Source: an uncultured Chloroflexota bacterium
GTDB taxonomy: Bacteria > Chloroflexota > Dehalococcoidia > UBA2979
Reading direction: 5' to 3'
DNA length: 64,000 nt
NCBI GenBank assembly: GCA_903917615.1
Contig: CAIXBH010000172.1
Span: 5,898 to 69,897 of the forward strand
In this document: positions 52,820 to 62,382 of the stretch, piece by piece
Layout: the number at the start of each line of letters is the position of its first letter
Position numbering within the stretch: the stretch's first letter is position 1
Translations under genes and position numbers: made by a program
The notes under the pieces: generated by a model
The model's database searches: none
Seen by the model: the letters and a program-made list of their open reading frames with translations, nothing else
Told to the model about the DNA's origin: nothing

Positions 52820-53710
52820 ATGAGACCCCGCGACCGCATCGACTACAGCGCGTCCATCGACCGCGCGCCGCTCCGGTTCCCGGAGGGCGTCCGGCTCGTC
52901 GTGTGGCCGATCGTGAACATCGAGAACTGGGACATCGACGGTCCGATGCCTCGGACCGTGCTGCCGCCGCCCATGGGCGGGAGCCTGCTGCCCGACCTGC
53001 CGAACTGGGCGTGGCAGGAGTACGGCATGCGCGTGGGCTTCTGGCGCTTCCTGGAAGCGTTCTCCAGCCGCGGCATCCGCCCGACGCTCTCCATCAACGG
53101 CTCCGTGTGCGAGGTCTACCCGCGCGTCGCTGGCGCGGCGCGTGATGCCGGATGGGAGTTCATGGGCCACTCGCACGTGCAGCGGCCGATGCACCTCGTC
53201 GAGGATCAGCGGGCTGCCATCCGGCAGACCGTTGAGGTGATCACCGCGTTCACCGGGAAGCGCCCGCGCGGCTGGCTCGGCCCCGGTCTCACGGAAACGT
53301 TTGACACGCCCGATTACCTCGCGGCGGAGGGGTTCGAGTACGTCGCGGACTGGGTGCTGGACGACCTGCCGCAGACGATCCGGACGACCTCCGGCCCGCT
53401 CGTCACGCTGCCATACAGCGTCGAGTTGAACGACATTCCGATGATGATGGTCCAGCACCACCCGGCGCGGGAGCTCTACGACCGCACGATGGACCAGTTC
53501 AACCGCCTCTACCTCGAAGCGGAGCACGGCGCGCGCATCATGGGCATCGCCGTGCACCCGTACATCAGCGGCGTGCCGCATCGCATCGGCTACCTCGAGC
53601 GCGCCCTGGACGCGATGGCCTCGCAGCCGGGTGTCGCGTTCTGGAACGGCGAGGAGCTCCTGGACTGGTACCGGGCCACGCCGGAAGGCGCCGCGGCGAC
53701 TGCGCGATAG
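52820..53710 (+). CDS. Polysaccharide deacetylase family protein (PuuE/allantoinase-like)
   Basis: VVWPIVNIENWD...GHSHVQRP... matches the NodB-fold of PuuE-type deacetylases. Trimmed to the ATG at 52820. Confidence 0.75.
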   Translation: MRPRDRIDYSASIDRAPLRFPEGVRLVVWPIVNIENWDIDGPMPRTVLPPPMGGSLLPDLPNWAWQEYGMRVGFWRFLEAFSSRGIRPTLSINGSVCEVYPRVAGAARDAGWEFMGHSHVQRPMHLVEDQRAAIRQTVEVITAFTGKRPRGWLGPGLTETFDTPDYLAAEGFEYVADWVLDDLPQTIRTTSGPLVTLPYSVELNDIPMMMVQHHPARELYDRTMDQFNRLYLEAEHGARIMGIAVHPYISGVPHRIGYLERALDAMASQPGVAFWNGEELLDWYRATPEGAAATAR

Positions 53711-53796
53711 GCCGTCGCCGCTCGCGACGGTCGCGCGATTACGGGCGTGGTCTGCTACATTCCGCAGCGGTTCGTGGCGCAGAGGAGGCAGCGACG

Positions 53797-54807
53797 ATGG
53801 TGACGCCGGCTACGGCAGACTGGCTCGCTTCGGTTCCCGACGAGGAGCCGATCGAAACTGACATCCCGATCATTGACCCCCACCATCACCTCTATCACCG
53901 GCCCGATGGCATCAAGTACGTGCTGGAGGACATCGTCGCGGATGTCGAGGGCAACAACATCCGCCAGACCGTCTTTGTCCAGGCGGGCGCGATGCTTCGT
54001 GCCGACGGGCCCGAGGACTTCAAGGTCGTCGGCGAGGTCGAGTGGGTGAACGGCATCGCGGCCGCGAGCGCGAGCGGTCGCTACGGCGACACGCGCATCG
54101 CCGCCGGCATCGTCGGCCACGCGAACCTGCTGCTCGGTGAGAACGTGGGCCCGGTCCTGGACGCGCTCATGGCCGCGAGTCCGCGCTTCCGCGGCATCCG
54201 CCACAGCGTCGGCTGGACGGACCCGCCGTTCCGGCCGACGACGAACACGCAGCACATGGCGTTCGACAAGACCTACCGGGCCGGCTTCGCGGAGCTCGGG
54301 CCGCGCGCGCTCTCGTACGAGGCGTGGCTGTACTACAACCAACTGCACGACCTCGTGGAGCTCGCTGAGGCCTTCCCGGACACGTCGATCATCCTCAACC
54401 ACATCGGCGGCCCGCTCGGCGTTGGCGCGTGGGAGGGGAAGCTCGACGAGGTCTTCGAGGCCTGGAAGCCGGCGATCGCGGAGGTCGCGACGTGCCAGAA
54501 CGTCACCGTGAAGGTGGGCGGCATCGGCATGGGCTACCTGAACGGCTTCGGCTGGGAGAAGCGTCCGACGCCGCCGAGCTCCGACGACATGGTGAACGTG
54601 AACCGTCGCTGGTTCGAGCACGTGATCGAGTGCTTCGGTCCGGACCGCTGCATGTTCGAGAGCAATTTCCCGCCCGACAAGGCGTCGTCCTCGTACACGG
54701 TGCTGTGGAACCACTTCAAGAAGCTGACGAAGGCGTTCACGCCGGACGAGCGCGCGGCGCTGTTCCACGACACCGCGCGGCGCGTCTACCGGCTGCCGCT
54801 GCACTAG
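53797..54807 (+). CDS. Amidohydrolase-2 family protein (LigI/fuconolactonase-like)
   Basis: IIDPHHHLY...ILNHIGGP...D pattern. 336 aa. Confidence 0.75.
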   Translation: MVTPATADWLASVPDEEPIETDIPIIDPHHHLYHRPDGIKYVLEDIVADVEGNNIRQTVFVQAGAMLRADGPEDFKVVGEVEWVNGIAAASASGRYGDTRIAAGIVGHANLLLGENVGPVLDALMAASPRFRGIRHSVGWTDPPFRPTTNTQHMAFDKTYRAGFAELGPRALSYEAWLYYNQLHDLVELAEAFPDTSIILNHIGGPLGVGAWEGKLDEVFEAWKPAIAEVATCQNVTVKVGGIGMGYLNGFGWEKRPTPPSSDDMVNVNRRWFEHVIECFGPDRCMFESNFPPDKASSSYTVLWNHFKKLTKAFTPDERAALFHDTARRVYRLPLH

Positions 54808-54845
54808 TCGCGATCGGGCCCCGCGCTTGCGGGGAGGGGGTGCGT

Positions 54846-55847
54846 ATGAAGGTCCTGGTGATGGGCGGCTCGCGGTTCGTGGGTCTGCACGCCGTCCTTG
54901 AGCTGGAGAAGCACGGCCACGAGGTCACGGTGTTCAACCGCGGCCAGACGCCGCTGCCGCTGGAGTTCCCCCCCTCCGTGCGGCGCGTGTACGGTGACCG
55001 CCACGATCTGGAGGGCATGACCGAGCTCTTCCGCAACGAGGAGTTCGACGCGGTCGTCGACGTGAGCGCGTACTTCCTCGCGGACGTCGAGAGCATGGTG
55101 AAGATCTTCAAGGGACGCATCGGGCATTACGTGTTCATGTGCACGCCGGCGATCTACGACCTGCCTCAGCGCCTGCCGCTGCGCGAGGACAACAAGCTCA
55201 AGGGCCCGGAGTGGCCTGCGGAGGACTACGGCCGCAACAAGGCGATCTGCGAGGCGTACCTCACGCAGCAGTTCCGCGAGAACGGCTTCCCGTGGAGCAG
55301 CATCCGGCTGCCGATCATCATGGGCCCGTACAACACCGCGAAGCAGCGCGAGCAACTGATGTTCCATCGTCTGCTGCAGGGCCGGCCGATCCTCATCCCC
55401 GGCGATGGCTCCACGGTGCTGCACAGCAACTACATCCCCGACATGGCGGTGGGGATGCGCAAGATGCTGCTGAACCCGCTGACGTTCGGACAGGCGTATA
55501 ACGCCGCGATGCAGGAGTACTGGTCCGACGAGTCCTGGGTGGACGCGGTGGCCGAGGTGGTCGGCGTCACGCCGAACAAGATCTTCATGCCGCACGACGT
55601 CACCACGGACGCATACAAGGAGTGGGGCTACCAGCCGATCCAGCGGACGCAGGCCGGCCGCATTCCCTGGTACAAGAGCTGCGTGTTCGACATCCAGAAG
55701 TACCAGGACCACGTCGGTCACAGGCAGGAGCACACCCTCAAGGGCGCGCTGGCTGAGACCTACGACTGGTTCCGTCGGGACGGCGTCGACAAGACGTTCG
55801 AGTGGGACTTCTCCAAGGAAGACGCCACTCTCGCGAAGTTGAAGTAA
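54846..55847 (+). CDS. NAD-dependent epimerase/dehydratase family protein
   Basis: MKVLVMGGSRFVG Rossmann N-terminus and YGRNK catalytic YxxxK. RBS GGGGAGGGGG. Confidence 0.8.
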   Translation: MKVLVMGGSRFVGLHAVLELEKHGHEVTVFNRGQTPLPLEFPPSVRRVYGDRHDLEGMTELFRNEEFDAVVDVSAYFLADVESMVKIFKGRIGHYVFMCTPAIYDLPQRLPLREDNKLKGPEWPAEDYGRNKAICEAYLTQQFRENGFPWSSIRLPIIMGPYNTAKQREQLMFHRLLQGRPILIPGDGSTVLHSNYIPDMAVGMRKMLLNPLTFGQAYNAAMQEYWSDESWVDAVAEVVGVTPNKIFMPHDVTTDAYKEWGYQPIQRTQAGRIPWYKSCVFDIQKYQDHVGHRQEHTLKGALAETYDWFRRDGVDKTFEWDFSKEDATLAKLK

Positions 55848-55859
55848 GGGGCGCGTTCC

Positions 55860-55882
55860 CCCTCCCCCTTCGAGGGGGAGGG
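55860..55882 (+). terminator. Hairpin after the epimerase gene
   Basis: CCCTCCCCC-TTCGA-GGGGGAGGG, a perfect 9-bp stem, followed by TTGGGTGTG. Confidence 0.4.
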
Positions 55883-55930
55883 TTGGGTGTGAGGGGGGGC
55901 GAGCGGCCCGCGAAGGTCACCAGAACGACG

Positions 55931-55954
55931 AAGGCCGGGCGTGAGCCCGGCCTT
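55931..55954 (-). terminator. Hairpin after the thiolase gene (minus strand)
   Basis: AAGGCCGGGC-TCAC-GCCCGGCCTT followed by CGTCGTTCTGG on the minus strand. Confidence 0.4.
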
Positions 55955-55980
55955 CGTGTGTGTGCGTCCGCGTCGAGGCG

Positions 55981-57168
55981 CTATGGCTCGCGCGTGAAGA
56001 TCATCCCGGAACCGCGGAGCAGCGGCGAACCGTCGATGGCGATCGCCGTGTTTGCGTCCTTGATCTGACGCTTGTCGGCGCGGTCGGTCACCTGGCGCAC
56101 GGCCTCGGCCAGGTGGCCCATGCCGTGCAGGCGGCCCTCCGACAGGCTGCCGCCGAAGGTGTTCACCGGTAGCGAACCTTCGAGCGACACGTTGCCGTTC
56201 TGCACGAAGTCGAGCGCCTCGCCCTCGCCGCAGAAGCCAGCGGCCTCGAGCCAGTAGAGCGTCGAGGGGGCGAAGCCGTCGTAGAGCTCGGCGACGTCGA
56301 TGTCCTTCGGGCCCATGCCGGCGCGCTCGTAGATCTTGCCGACGTGCGGGCGCCCGGCGTCCAGGTAGCTGTCCACCATGTACGTCAGGTACTCGGGGCG
56401 GTGGGCCGTGTTCTGGCCGTAGCCCGCGATGTACGCCGGCTTGTTCTTCAGGTCCTTCGCGCGGTCGGCCGTCGTCATGACGATGGCCGTGCAGCCCTCG
56501 ATCGGCACATCGCAGTCGAAGAGGCACATCGGCTCAGCGATCATGCGCGCGTTGAGGTAGTCCTCCACGCTCATCGGCTGGTTGTAGAAGAACGCGCCCG
56601 GGTTCAGGTTCGCGTTGCGGCGGCTGTTGGTGACCAGCGCCGCCATCTTCTCGCGGTTCTGGTGGTACTTGTTCAGGTAGTGGCGGTAGGCGATGGCGTG
56701 CGTCTGGTAGCCGTGCACGTGACCGTAGACCGCGCCGAACTGCCCGTCGCCTCCAGCCGAGTAGCTGCGGAACGAGTTGTAGGTGCCCTTCGGGATGTGC
56801 ATGGCGCGCCAGAACAGCACGTACTTCGCCGCGCCGGAGATGAGCGCGTTCACACCCTCGATCGGGGCGGACGCGATCATGCCGGTCGAGATCTGCGCGT
56901 ACCACTTGATGTCAGGCGCGAGCCCGCCGTGGTTCATCAAGAACAGCGCGTTGACCAGGTCCTCGCCGTCGCGGCGGCCGGCGCCGGCGAACGGCTGGTC
57001 CGGATACGTGCAGATGCCGTCGATGTCCTCGGGCTTGAGGCCCGCATCCTCGATGGCCGCGCGACATGCGTCGAGCGCGAGCGCGCCCAGCGGCGCCTCA
57101 GGGCGACGCGTCAACTTCGAGAGGCCGATGCCGACAACGGCGGTCTTGCCTTTGCCTTCCCAGACCAT
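55981..57168 (-). CDS. Thiolase-like protein, SCP-x / lipid-transfer-protein type
   Basis: 395 aa with ...AVVGIGLSK... and C-terminal GGSLSEG...HGMGHLAEAV, typical of SCP-x thiolases that pair with DUF35 proteins. Confidence 0.85.
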   Translation of the reverse strand: MVWEGKGKTAVVGIGLSKLTRRPEAPLGALALDACRAAIEDAGLKPEDIDGICTYPDQPFAGAGRRDGEDLVNALFLMNHGGLAPDIKWYAQISTGMIASAPIEGVNALISGAAKYVLFWRAMHIPKGTYNSFRSYSAGGDGQFGAVYGHVHGYQTHAIAYRHYLNKYHQNREKMAALVTNSRRNANLNPGAFFYNQPMSVEDYLNARMIAEPMCLFDCDVPIEGCTAIVMTTADRAKDLKNKPAYIAGYGQNTAHRPEYLTYMVDSYLDAGRPHVGKIYERAGMGPKDIDVAELYDGFAPSTLYWLEAAGFCGEGEALDFVQNGNVSLEGSLPVNTFGGSLSEGRLHGMGHLAEAVRQVTDRADKRQIKDANTAIAIDGSPLLRGSGMIFTREP

Positions 57169-57228
57169 GGAACCCTCCTTGCTGCCCGCGGTTCGTGGCG
57201 CGGGAGCGTGTGCCGTGACGGCTTGTTG

Positions 57229-57654
57229 TTACTTCGCGGGGCGGAACTGCGGGAGCGTCTGGTCCGTGCCTTCGATCTTCTCGAAGAACACTTCCATCGG
57301 CATGCCCAGCGTCAGCGAGCCGTCGTCCGCACCGGGCAGGTACCCGAGGAAGAGCAGCTTCGGCTGCTCGTCGAGCTCAACGAGGACGGTGCGGTAGGGC
57401 ACGCGGTCCTCGAAGCCGGTGATGGACTGCATGTGCATCACCTCGTACGAGTAGAGCTTGCCCTTGCCAGACACCGGCTCCCACTTCAGGTCGAAGGAGT
57501 GGCACTCGTTGCAGATGATGCGCGGCGGGTGCGAGTAGAACCCGCACTGCTGGCACCGCTGGGCCATGAGGCGCCCTTCGGCGACCGCGTCCCAGAACGG
57601 CTGCGTCAGTTCGTCCGGTTGGGGGACGACTCGACGTGGGCTGTCAGTGGTCAT
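57229..57654 (-). CDS. Zn-ribbon/OB-fold protein (DUF35)
   Basis: CQQCGFYSHPPRIICNECHS is a four-Cys rubredoxin-like ribbon, followed by an OB-fold. 141 aa. Confidence 0.8.
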   Translation of the reverse strand: MTTDSPRRVVPQPDELTQPFWDAVAEGRLMAQRCQQCGFYSHPPRIICNECHSFDLKWEPVSGKGKLYSYEVMHMQSITGFEDRVPYRTVLVELDEQPKLLFLGYLPGADDGSLTLGMPMEVFFEKIEGTDQTLPQFRPAK

Positions 57655-57711
57655 TGGTTCTTCCTACCCTCCATACACGGACGTTATTACCACACTGGAG
57701 CGCCTGCGGCG

Positions 57712-59016
57712 CTAGATGACGCCCTGCTCCTTGAGTGAGGCGATCTCGTCGGGCTTGAAGCCCAGCAGATCGCCGTAGACGTAGTCGGCGTGCTCGTTCA
57801 CCGTCGACGCACGTCCGCCGTTGAAGACCGGCGTGCGCGACAGCTTCGGGGGGTACGCCTCGATGTCGAACGTGCCGACCTCCGGGTGCGAGGTGACCGG
57901 GTAGATCTCCCGGTGACGGAGCTGCTCGTCGTATTCCACGCGGTCCTCGGCGCCCTGCACCGCGGCCGCGACGACACCGGCCTGCTGGAGCCGCGTCATG
58001 ATGTCGTACCGGCGCCGCGGGGCGGTCCACGTCGAGATGATCTCGTCGAGCACGTCCTGGTTCGCGTAGCGGTCCGCCATCGTCACGAAGCGCGGGTCAG
58101 ACAGCAGCTCCGGCTTGCCCATGACCGCGACGAGCGACTCCCACTGCTGCTGCGTGGGCGCTGCGATGAACACCCACCAGTCCTGTCCCTGCCGGTCGAT
58201 GCCGGCGGTGCGGTACGTGTTGTGCGGCGCGATCGCGGGCCACTCGGAGTGGTTGCCGGGCGGGAAGTTCGGGCGGCGCGTCGGCCGGCCGTTCACCTGG
58301 TAGTCGAGGAAGTACGGGCCGAGGAGCGCCATGGCGGCCTCCGTAACGGCGAAGTCCACGTACAGGCCGCGGCCGGTCCGCTTGGCCTGCAGGAGGCCCA
58401 TCATGAGGCCCAGACCGGCCATCCAGCCGCCCGTCACGTCCATGTACGAGTAGCCCCAGCCTGCGGGTGGCTTGCCGGGCAGGCCGGAGGTGAACGTGAG
58501 ACCGCTGGAGGCCTGCGCAGACGGGCCATAGGTGCGGAACTCGCCCCACTCGCCCTTGTGGCCGAAGCCCGAGGTGCTCAGGTACACGAGCTTTGGGTTG
58601 ACCTCGTGCAGGTGGTCCCAGCCCATGCCCCAGGAGTCCAGTACGCCGCCGCTGAAGTTCTCGCAGAGCCCGTCGCTGATCTCGATCAGCTGCTCCAGGA
58701 TGCGCTTGCCCTCGGGGTGGCGGGTGTTGAGCGTCACGCCGAGCTTCCCGCGGTGCAGGTGGCTGTAGTTCGGCGTCGTGTAGTACGGCGGCGAGTCCGG
58801 CGCGTCGCGGAACTCGGTCTGTCCGGCCGCTGCGGTCCCCGCGGTCTTGCGGAAGTCGAAGCGGTGGTCGTCGGGCCGGTGCGGCGGCTCGATGTGGATG
58901 ACCTCGGCGCCGTAGGGGGTGAGCATGCGCGCTTCCCACGGGCCGACCGTCTTCCAGGTCAGGTCGATGATGCGGGTGCCGTTCAGGAACCCCTTCGGCT
59001 GATCCCAGTTGTTCAT
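57712..59016 (-). CDS. Family III CoA-transferase
   Basis: MNNWDQPKGFLNGTRIIDLTWKTVGPW...VIHIEPP. RBS GGAGGTGG. Trimmed from the 713-aa ORF, whose extension is antisense to the next gene. Confidence 0.85.
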   Translation of the reverse strand: MNNWDQPKGFLNGTRIIDLTWKTVGPWEARMLTPYGAEVIHIEPPHRPDDHRFDFRKTAGTAAAGQTEFRDAPDSPPYYTTPNYSHLHRGKLGVTLNTRHPEGKRILEQLIEISDGLCENFSGGVLDSWGMGWDHLHEVNPKLVYLSTSGFGHKGEWGEFRTYGPSAQASSGLTFTSGLPGKPPAGWGYSYMDVTGGWMAGLGLMMGLLQAKRTGRGLYVDFAVTEAAMALLGPYFLDYQVNGRPTRRPNFPPGNHSEWPAIAPHNTYRTAGIDRQGQDWWVFIAAPTQQQWESLVAVMGKPELLSDPRFVTMADRYANQDVLDEIISTWTAPRRRYDIMTRLQQAGVVAAAVQGAEDRVEYDEQLRHREIYPVTSHPEVGTFDIEAYPPKLSRTPVFNGGRASTVNEHADYVYGDLLGFKPDEIASLKEQGVI

Positions 59017-60254
59017 CGCACCACCTCCGTTGCCGCCAGTGCATCCACCTCGGAGCCCGTCAGGCCGAGATCGCCGGTCAGGATCGCGCGCGTGTGTTCG
59101 CCGAGGTGCGGCGCGCGCCGCTTCGGCATCGAGCCCAGGTCGTCGTTCGAGTAGAGCCCGCGCGGGTAGAGGATCGTCTTCCCGATCTCCTCGTGCTCGA
59201 TCGGTGCCCAGTAGGCGCGCTGCTTGTAGTGCTCGTAGTCCAGGTTGTCCTCGGGTGCGTGGACGGCGGCCCAGGCGAGGCCGAGCCCCTGGCCGCGGAT
59301 GAACGCCTCGTGCGCGGGCACTTTCGCGAGCAGCCGGTGGATGCCCGCATGGATCTCGTTGCTGTGGCGCAACTGCGTCGCGCGGTAGAAGTCGTCGTTG
59401 TACTTCTCGTCGGCGAGGTCCTCCGCGACGCCGACTTCCTTCATCCAGTTCACCAGCTGCACCCACGTGTGATTCGTGAGTCCCGGCGTGGAGACCTGGA
59501 TGTAGTTGCCGTCGGCACAGAGCACCTGAGTCGTCGGACGGTAGGTCGGCGCCGCGTGCTGGCCCGTCTGCCGGAGGTACGGCGCGTTGTACCAGAGCCA
59601 GTTCGGCACGGCGCTCTCCGTGCTCGTGCCGACGATGTCGTGGATCGAGAGGTCGAGCATCTGTCCCAGGCCGCTCGTCATCCGCTCGAAGAGCGCTGCA
59701 GTGATGGTGTGCAGCGTCACGACGTTCGACATGTTGTACGCGTGATTCCGCTGCCCGCCGATGGGCGTCTCGTGCGGGTCGCTGTAGCCGCTGCTGCCCA
59801 TCGGCCCGCCGAGCGCGAGGTGGGCGGCGTCGGTCATCTCGTACATCGCCCACGGCCCGTCCTGGCCGAAGTCCGTGATCGACGTGTAGATGAGGCCCGG
59901 GTTCAGCGCCGCAACCGACTCGTAGTCGAGGCCGAACTCGCGGAGCGTGCCCGGCTTCGTGCTCTCGACGAAGATGTCAGCTGACTCGAGGAGGCGCCGA
60001 ACGAGGTCCTGCCCCGGCTTGCGGGTGATATCGACCGCGATGCTCTCCTTGCTGGTGTTGTAGAACCAGTAGTCGAGGCAGCGATTCGGATCTTCCTGGT
60101 CATCGACGAAGGGGCCGATCCAGCGCCCGGGGCTGCCCGTCACCGGCTCGACCTGGATGACACGCGCGCCAGAGTCGGCGAGCAACTTCCCGATGAACTG
60201 GTTTCGCCGGTCGGCGAGCTCGACGACCGTGAAGCCTTCGAACACCTGCGCCAT
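59013..60254 (-). CDS. Family III CoA-transferase
   Basis: VFEGFTVVELADRRNQFIGKLLADSGARVIQVEP. Its stop overlaps the downstream start (ATGA). Confidence 0.85.
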   Translation of the reverse strand: MAQVFEGFTVVELADRRNQFIGKLLADSGARVIQVEPVTGSPGRWIGPFVDDQEDPNRCLDYWFYNTSKESIAVDITRKPGQDLVRRLLESADIFVESTKPGTLREFGLDYESVAALNPGLIYTSITDFGQDGPWAMYEMTDAAHLALGGPMGSSGYSDPHETPIGGQRNHAYNMSNVVTLHTITAALFERMTSGLGQMLDLSIHDIVGTSTESAVPNWLWYNAPYLRQTGQHAAPTYRPTTQVLCADGNYIQVSTPGLTNHTWVQLVNWMKEVGVAEDLADEKYNDDFYRATQLRHSNEIHAGIHRLLAKVPAHEAFIRGQGLGLAWAAVHAPEDNLDYEHYKQRAYWAPIEHEEIGKTILYPRGLYSNDDLGSMPKRRAPHLGEHTRAILTGDLGLTGSEVDALAATEVVR

Positions 60255-60374
60255 GGATGTCCCCTCCCGCTATGCAACTCGGCACAAGGGGCCGGTCACC
60301 CGCCGGCCCCTCGCGCGATCCCAATGGTCATGCCCGGGCGTGGAGACGGCCATACGGCCGGCCACGCGGCGGGG

Positions 60375-61280
60375 CTAGCGCGTGCCGCGCAGGCGCGGGT
60401 CGAGGACGTCCCGGAGGGCGTCGCCGAACATGTTCACGCCGAACACGACGAGGCTCAGCGCGATCGCGGGACCCCAGAGCAGCCAGGGGGCGGCGAACAT
60501 GTACGCGCGGCCCTCGACCGAGAGCATGCCGCCCCACGAGGGGGCCGGCGGCTGAATGCCGTATCCGAGGAAGCTCAGGGTCGCCTCGGCGAGGATGAAC
60601 TCGCCGAAGCCGAGGGACACGATGACGATGATCGGCGACACGATGTTCGGCAGGATGTGCCGGATCATGATGCGCGCGTCATCTGCACCGAGGGCCCTCG
60701 CCGCTGTGACGTATTCGCTGTTCGAGATCTGCATCGTCGAACCGCGCATGACGCGCGAACTCGAGATCGCACGTGGCAGGGCCAGCGCGATGATCACGTT
60801 CACCAGGCTCCCACCCAGCACCACCATGATCGCGATGAGCAGGATGATGCCCGGGATCGCCTGCACCGCGTCCACGACGCGCTGGACGATGTAGTCGAAC
60901 AGCCCGCGGAAGTACGCGCTCATGATCCCGATCACGATGCCCGGGATGAGCGCCAGGAACGAAGCCCCGAGGCCGACGAAGAGCGACACCCGTGCTCCGT
61001 AGACGAGGCGGGAGAACACGTCGCGCCCGAACTGGTCAGTCCCCGCCAGGTGGTCAGCCCCAGGCGGCAGCAGGACCGACGTCTGGTCGGTCGCCAGCGG
61101 ATCGAAATGCGCGATGACCGGCGCGAAGATCGCCGTCACCACCAGCAGCAGTGTCATCGCCGCGCCGAAGGCGCCGAACGGCTTGCGAGACACGAACTTC
61201 CAGAGCTCGTGCAGGAAGCCGCGATTCTTCCGGTCGACGCCACGGGCGTTGCCCGTGCTGATTGCGGTTTCACGCGCCAT
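60375..61280 (-). CDS. ABC transporter permease (DppC/OppC-like)
   Basis: Six TM helices and an EAA-like loop SNSEYVTAARALGADDARIMIRHILPN. Confidence 0.85.
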   Translation of the reverse strand: MARETAISTGNARGVDRKNRGFLHELWKFVSRKPFGAFGAAMTLLLVVTAIFAPVIAHFDPLATDQTSVLLPPGADHLAGTDQFGRDVFSRLVYGARVSLFVGLGASFLALIPGIVIGIMSAYFRGLFDYIVQRVVDAVQAIPGIILLIAIMVVLGGSLVNVIIALALPRAISSSRVMRGSTMQISNSEYVTAARALGADDARIMIRHILPNIVSPIIVIVSLGFGEFILAEATLSFLGYGIQPPAPSWGGMLSVEGRAYMFAAPWLLWGPAIALSLVVFGVNMFGDALRDVLDPRLRGTR

Positions 61281-61340
61281 GGTGGATCACCATCCCTCGT
61301 CTCGTGAAGCGTCCGTCAGATGCCGGTGGCATGAGGGAGG

Positions 61341-62294
61341 TCACGAGTAGCGAATCCGCGGGTCGAGGAAGCCGTATGACAGGTCCACGGCGAGGTTCGT
61401 GATCATCACGAAGAAGCCGACGGAGACGACGACGCCCTGAATGATCGGGTAGTCGCGCGCCGTGATCGCATCGAGCAGCAGGCGGCCGATGCCGGGGAGC
61501 GCGAAGAGGCTCTCCGTGACGACCGACCCACCGATGAGCGCTGAGAGCTGCAGGCCGAGGAGCGTCACCACCGGGATGAGCGCGTTCTTCAGGCCGTGGC
61601 GGACGATCACGGTGAAACTCGTCAGGCCCTTGGACTTGGCGGTGCGGATGTAGTCCTGCTGCATGATGTCGAGCATGGTCGTGCGCATCATGCGCGCGAT
61701 GCTCGCCGACAGCCGCAGTCCCAGCACGCCGGCCGCGGGCAGCACGATCGTCATGTTGATCACGGGGTCTTCAAGGAAGCTCTTGTACTGGAACGGGATC
61801 GCCGTCTGCCACCACAGCGCGGGTAGGACGACGATTGCCTGAGCGACCACGAAGTTCGGCAGGCTGATGCCTGCAATCGACATGCTCCGCAGGCCGTAGT
61901 CGAGCGGCGAATCCTGCTTCACAGCAGAGATCACGCCGAGCGGGATCGAGATCAGCACCGACACGAGGATCGCGACTGCCGCCACCTCGCCGGTGACCGA
62001 CGCGCGGTCGATCACCATCGTCGAGACCGACCGACCGTCCCACAGCGAGTTCCCGAGGTCGCCGTGGGAGACACCCAGCACGTACTCGCCGTACTGCTGC
62101 GGCAGCGACTTGTTGAGTCCCAGTCGCTCGCTCACCTGCGCCCGCATGGCGGGCGTCACCTGTGCACTGCTGCCGGTGAGCATGAGGTCAATGATGTTGC
62201 CGGGGAGGAAGCGTGTCAGCGAGACGACGATGAAGAGCATCACCAGCATCGTCGGGATCATGGCGAGCAGGCGGCGCGCGGCGTACCTGGCCAT
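61341..62294 (-). CDS. ABC transporter permease (DppB/OppB-like)
   Basis: MARYAARRLLAMIPTMLVM... and an EAA loop DYIRTAKSKGLTSFTVIVRHGLKN. Confidence 0.85.
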   Translation of the reverse strand: MARYAARRLLAMIPTMLVMLFIVVSLTRFLPGNIIDLMLTGSSAQVTPAMRAQVSERLGLNKSLPQQYGEYVLGVSHGDLGNSLWDGRSVSTMVIDRASVTGEVAAVAILVSVLISIPLGVISAVKQDSPLDYGLRSMSIAGISLPNFVVAQAIVVLPALWWQTAIPFQYKSFLEDPVINMTIVLPAAGVLGLRLSASIARMMRTTMLDIMQQDYIRTAKSKGLTSFTVIVRHGLKNALIPVVTLLGLQLSALIGGSVVTESLFALPGIGRLLLDAITARDYPIIQGVVVSVGFFVMITNLAVDLSYGFLDPRIRYS

Positions 62295-62382
62295 CGATTA
62301 CCTCCGGTTCGCACCCACGCCGGCCGTTGCCGGCGTGGCTCCGAGCGGAGGTGAGCCGCTCGGAGCCTCGCGGATGTGGACG

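Noticed and set aside
59017-59853. N-terminal extension of the 713-aa minus-strand ORF (57712..59853)
   Set aside because: Antisense to the adjacent CoA-transferase. The real start is the RBS-preceded ATG at 59016 (MNNWDQ).
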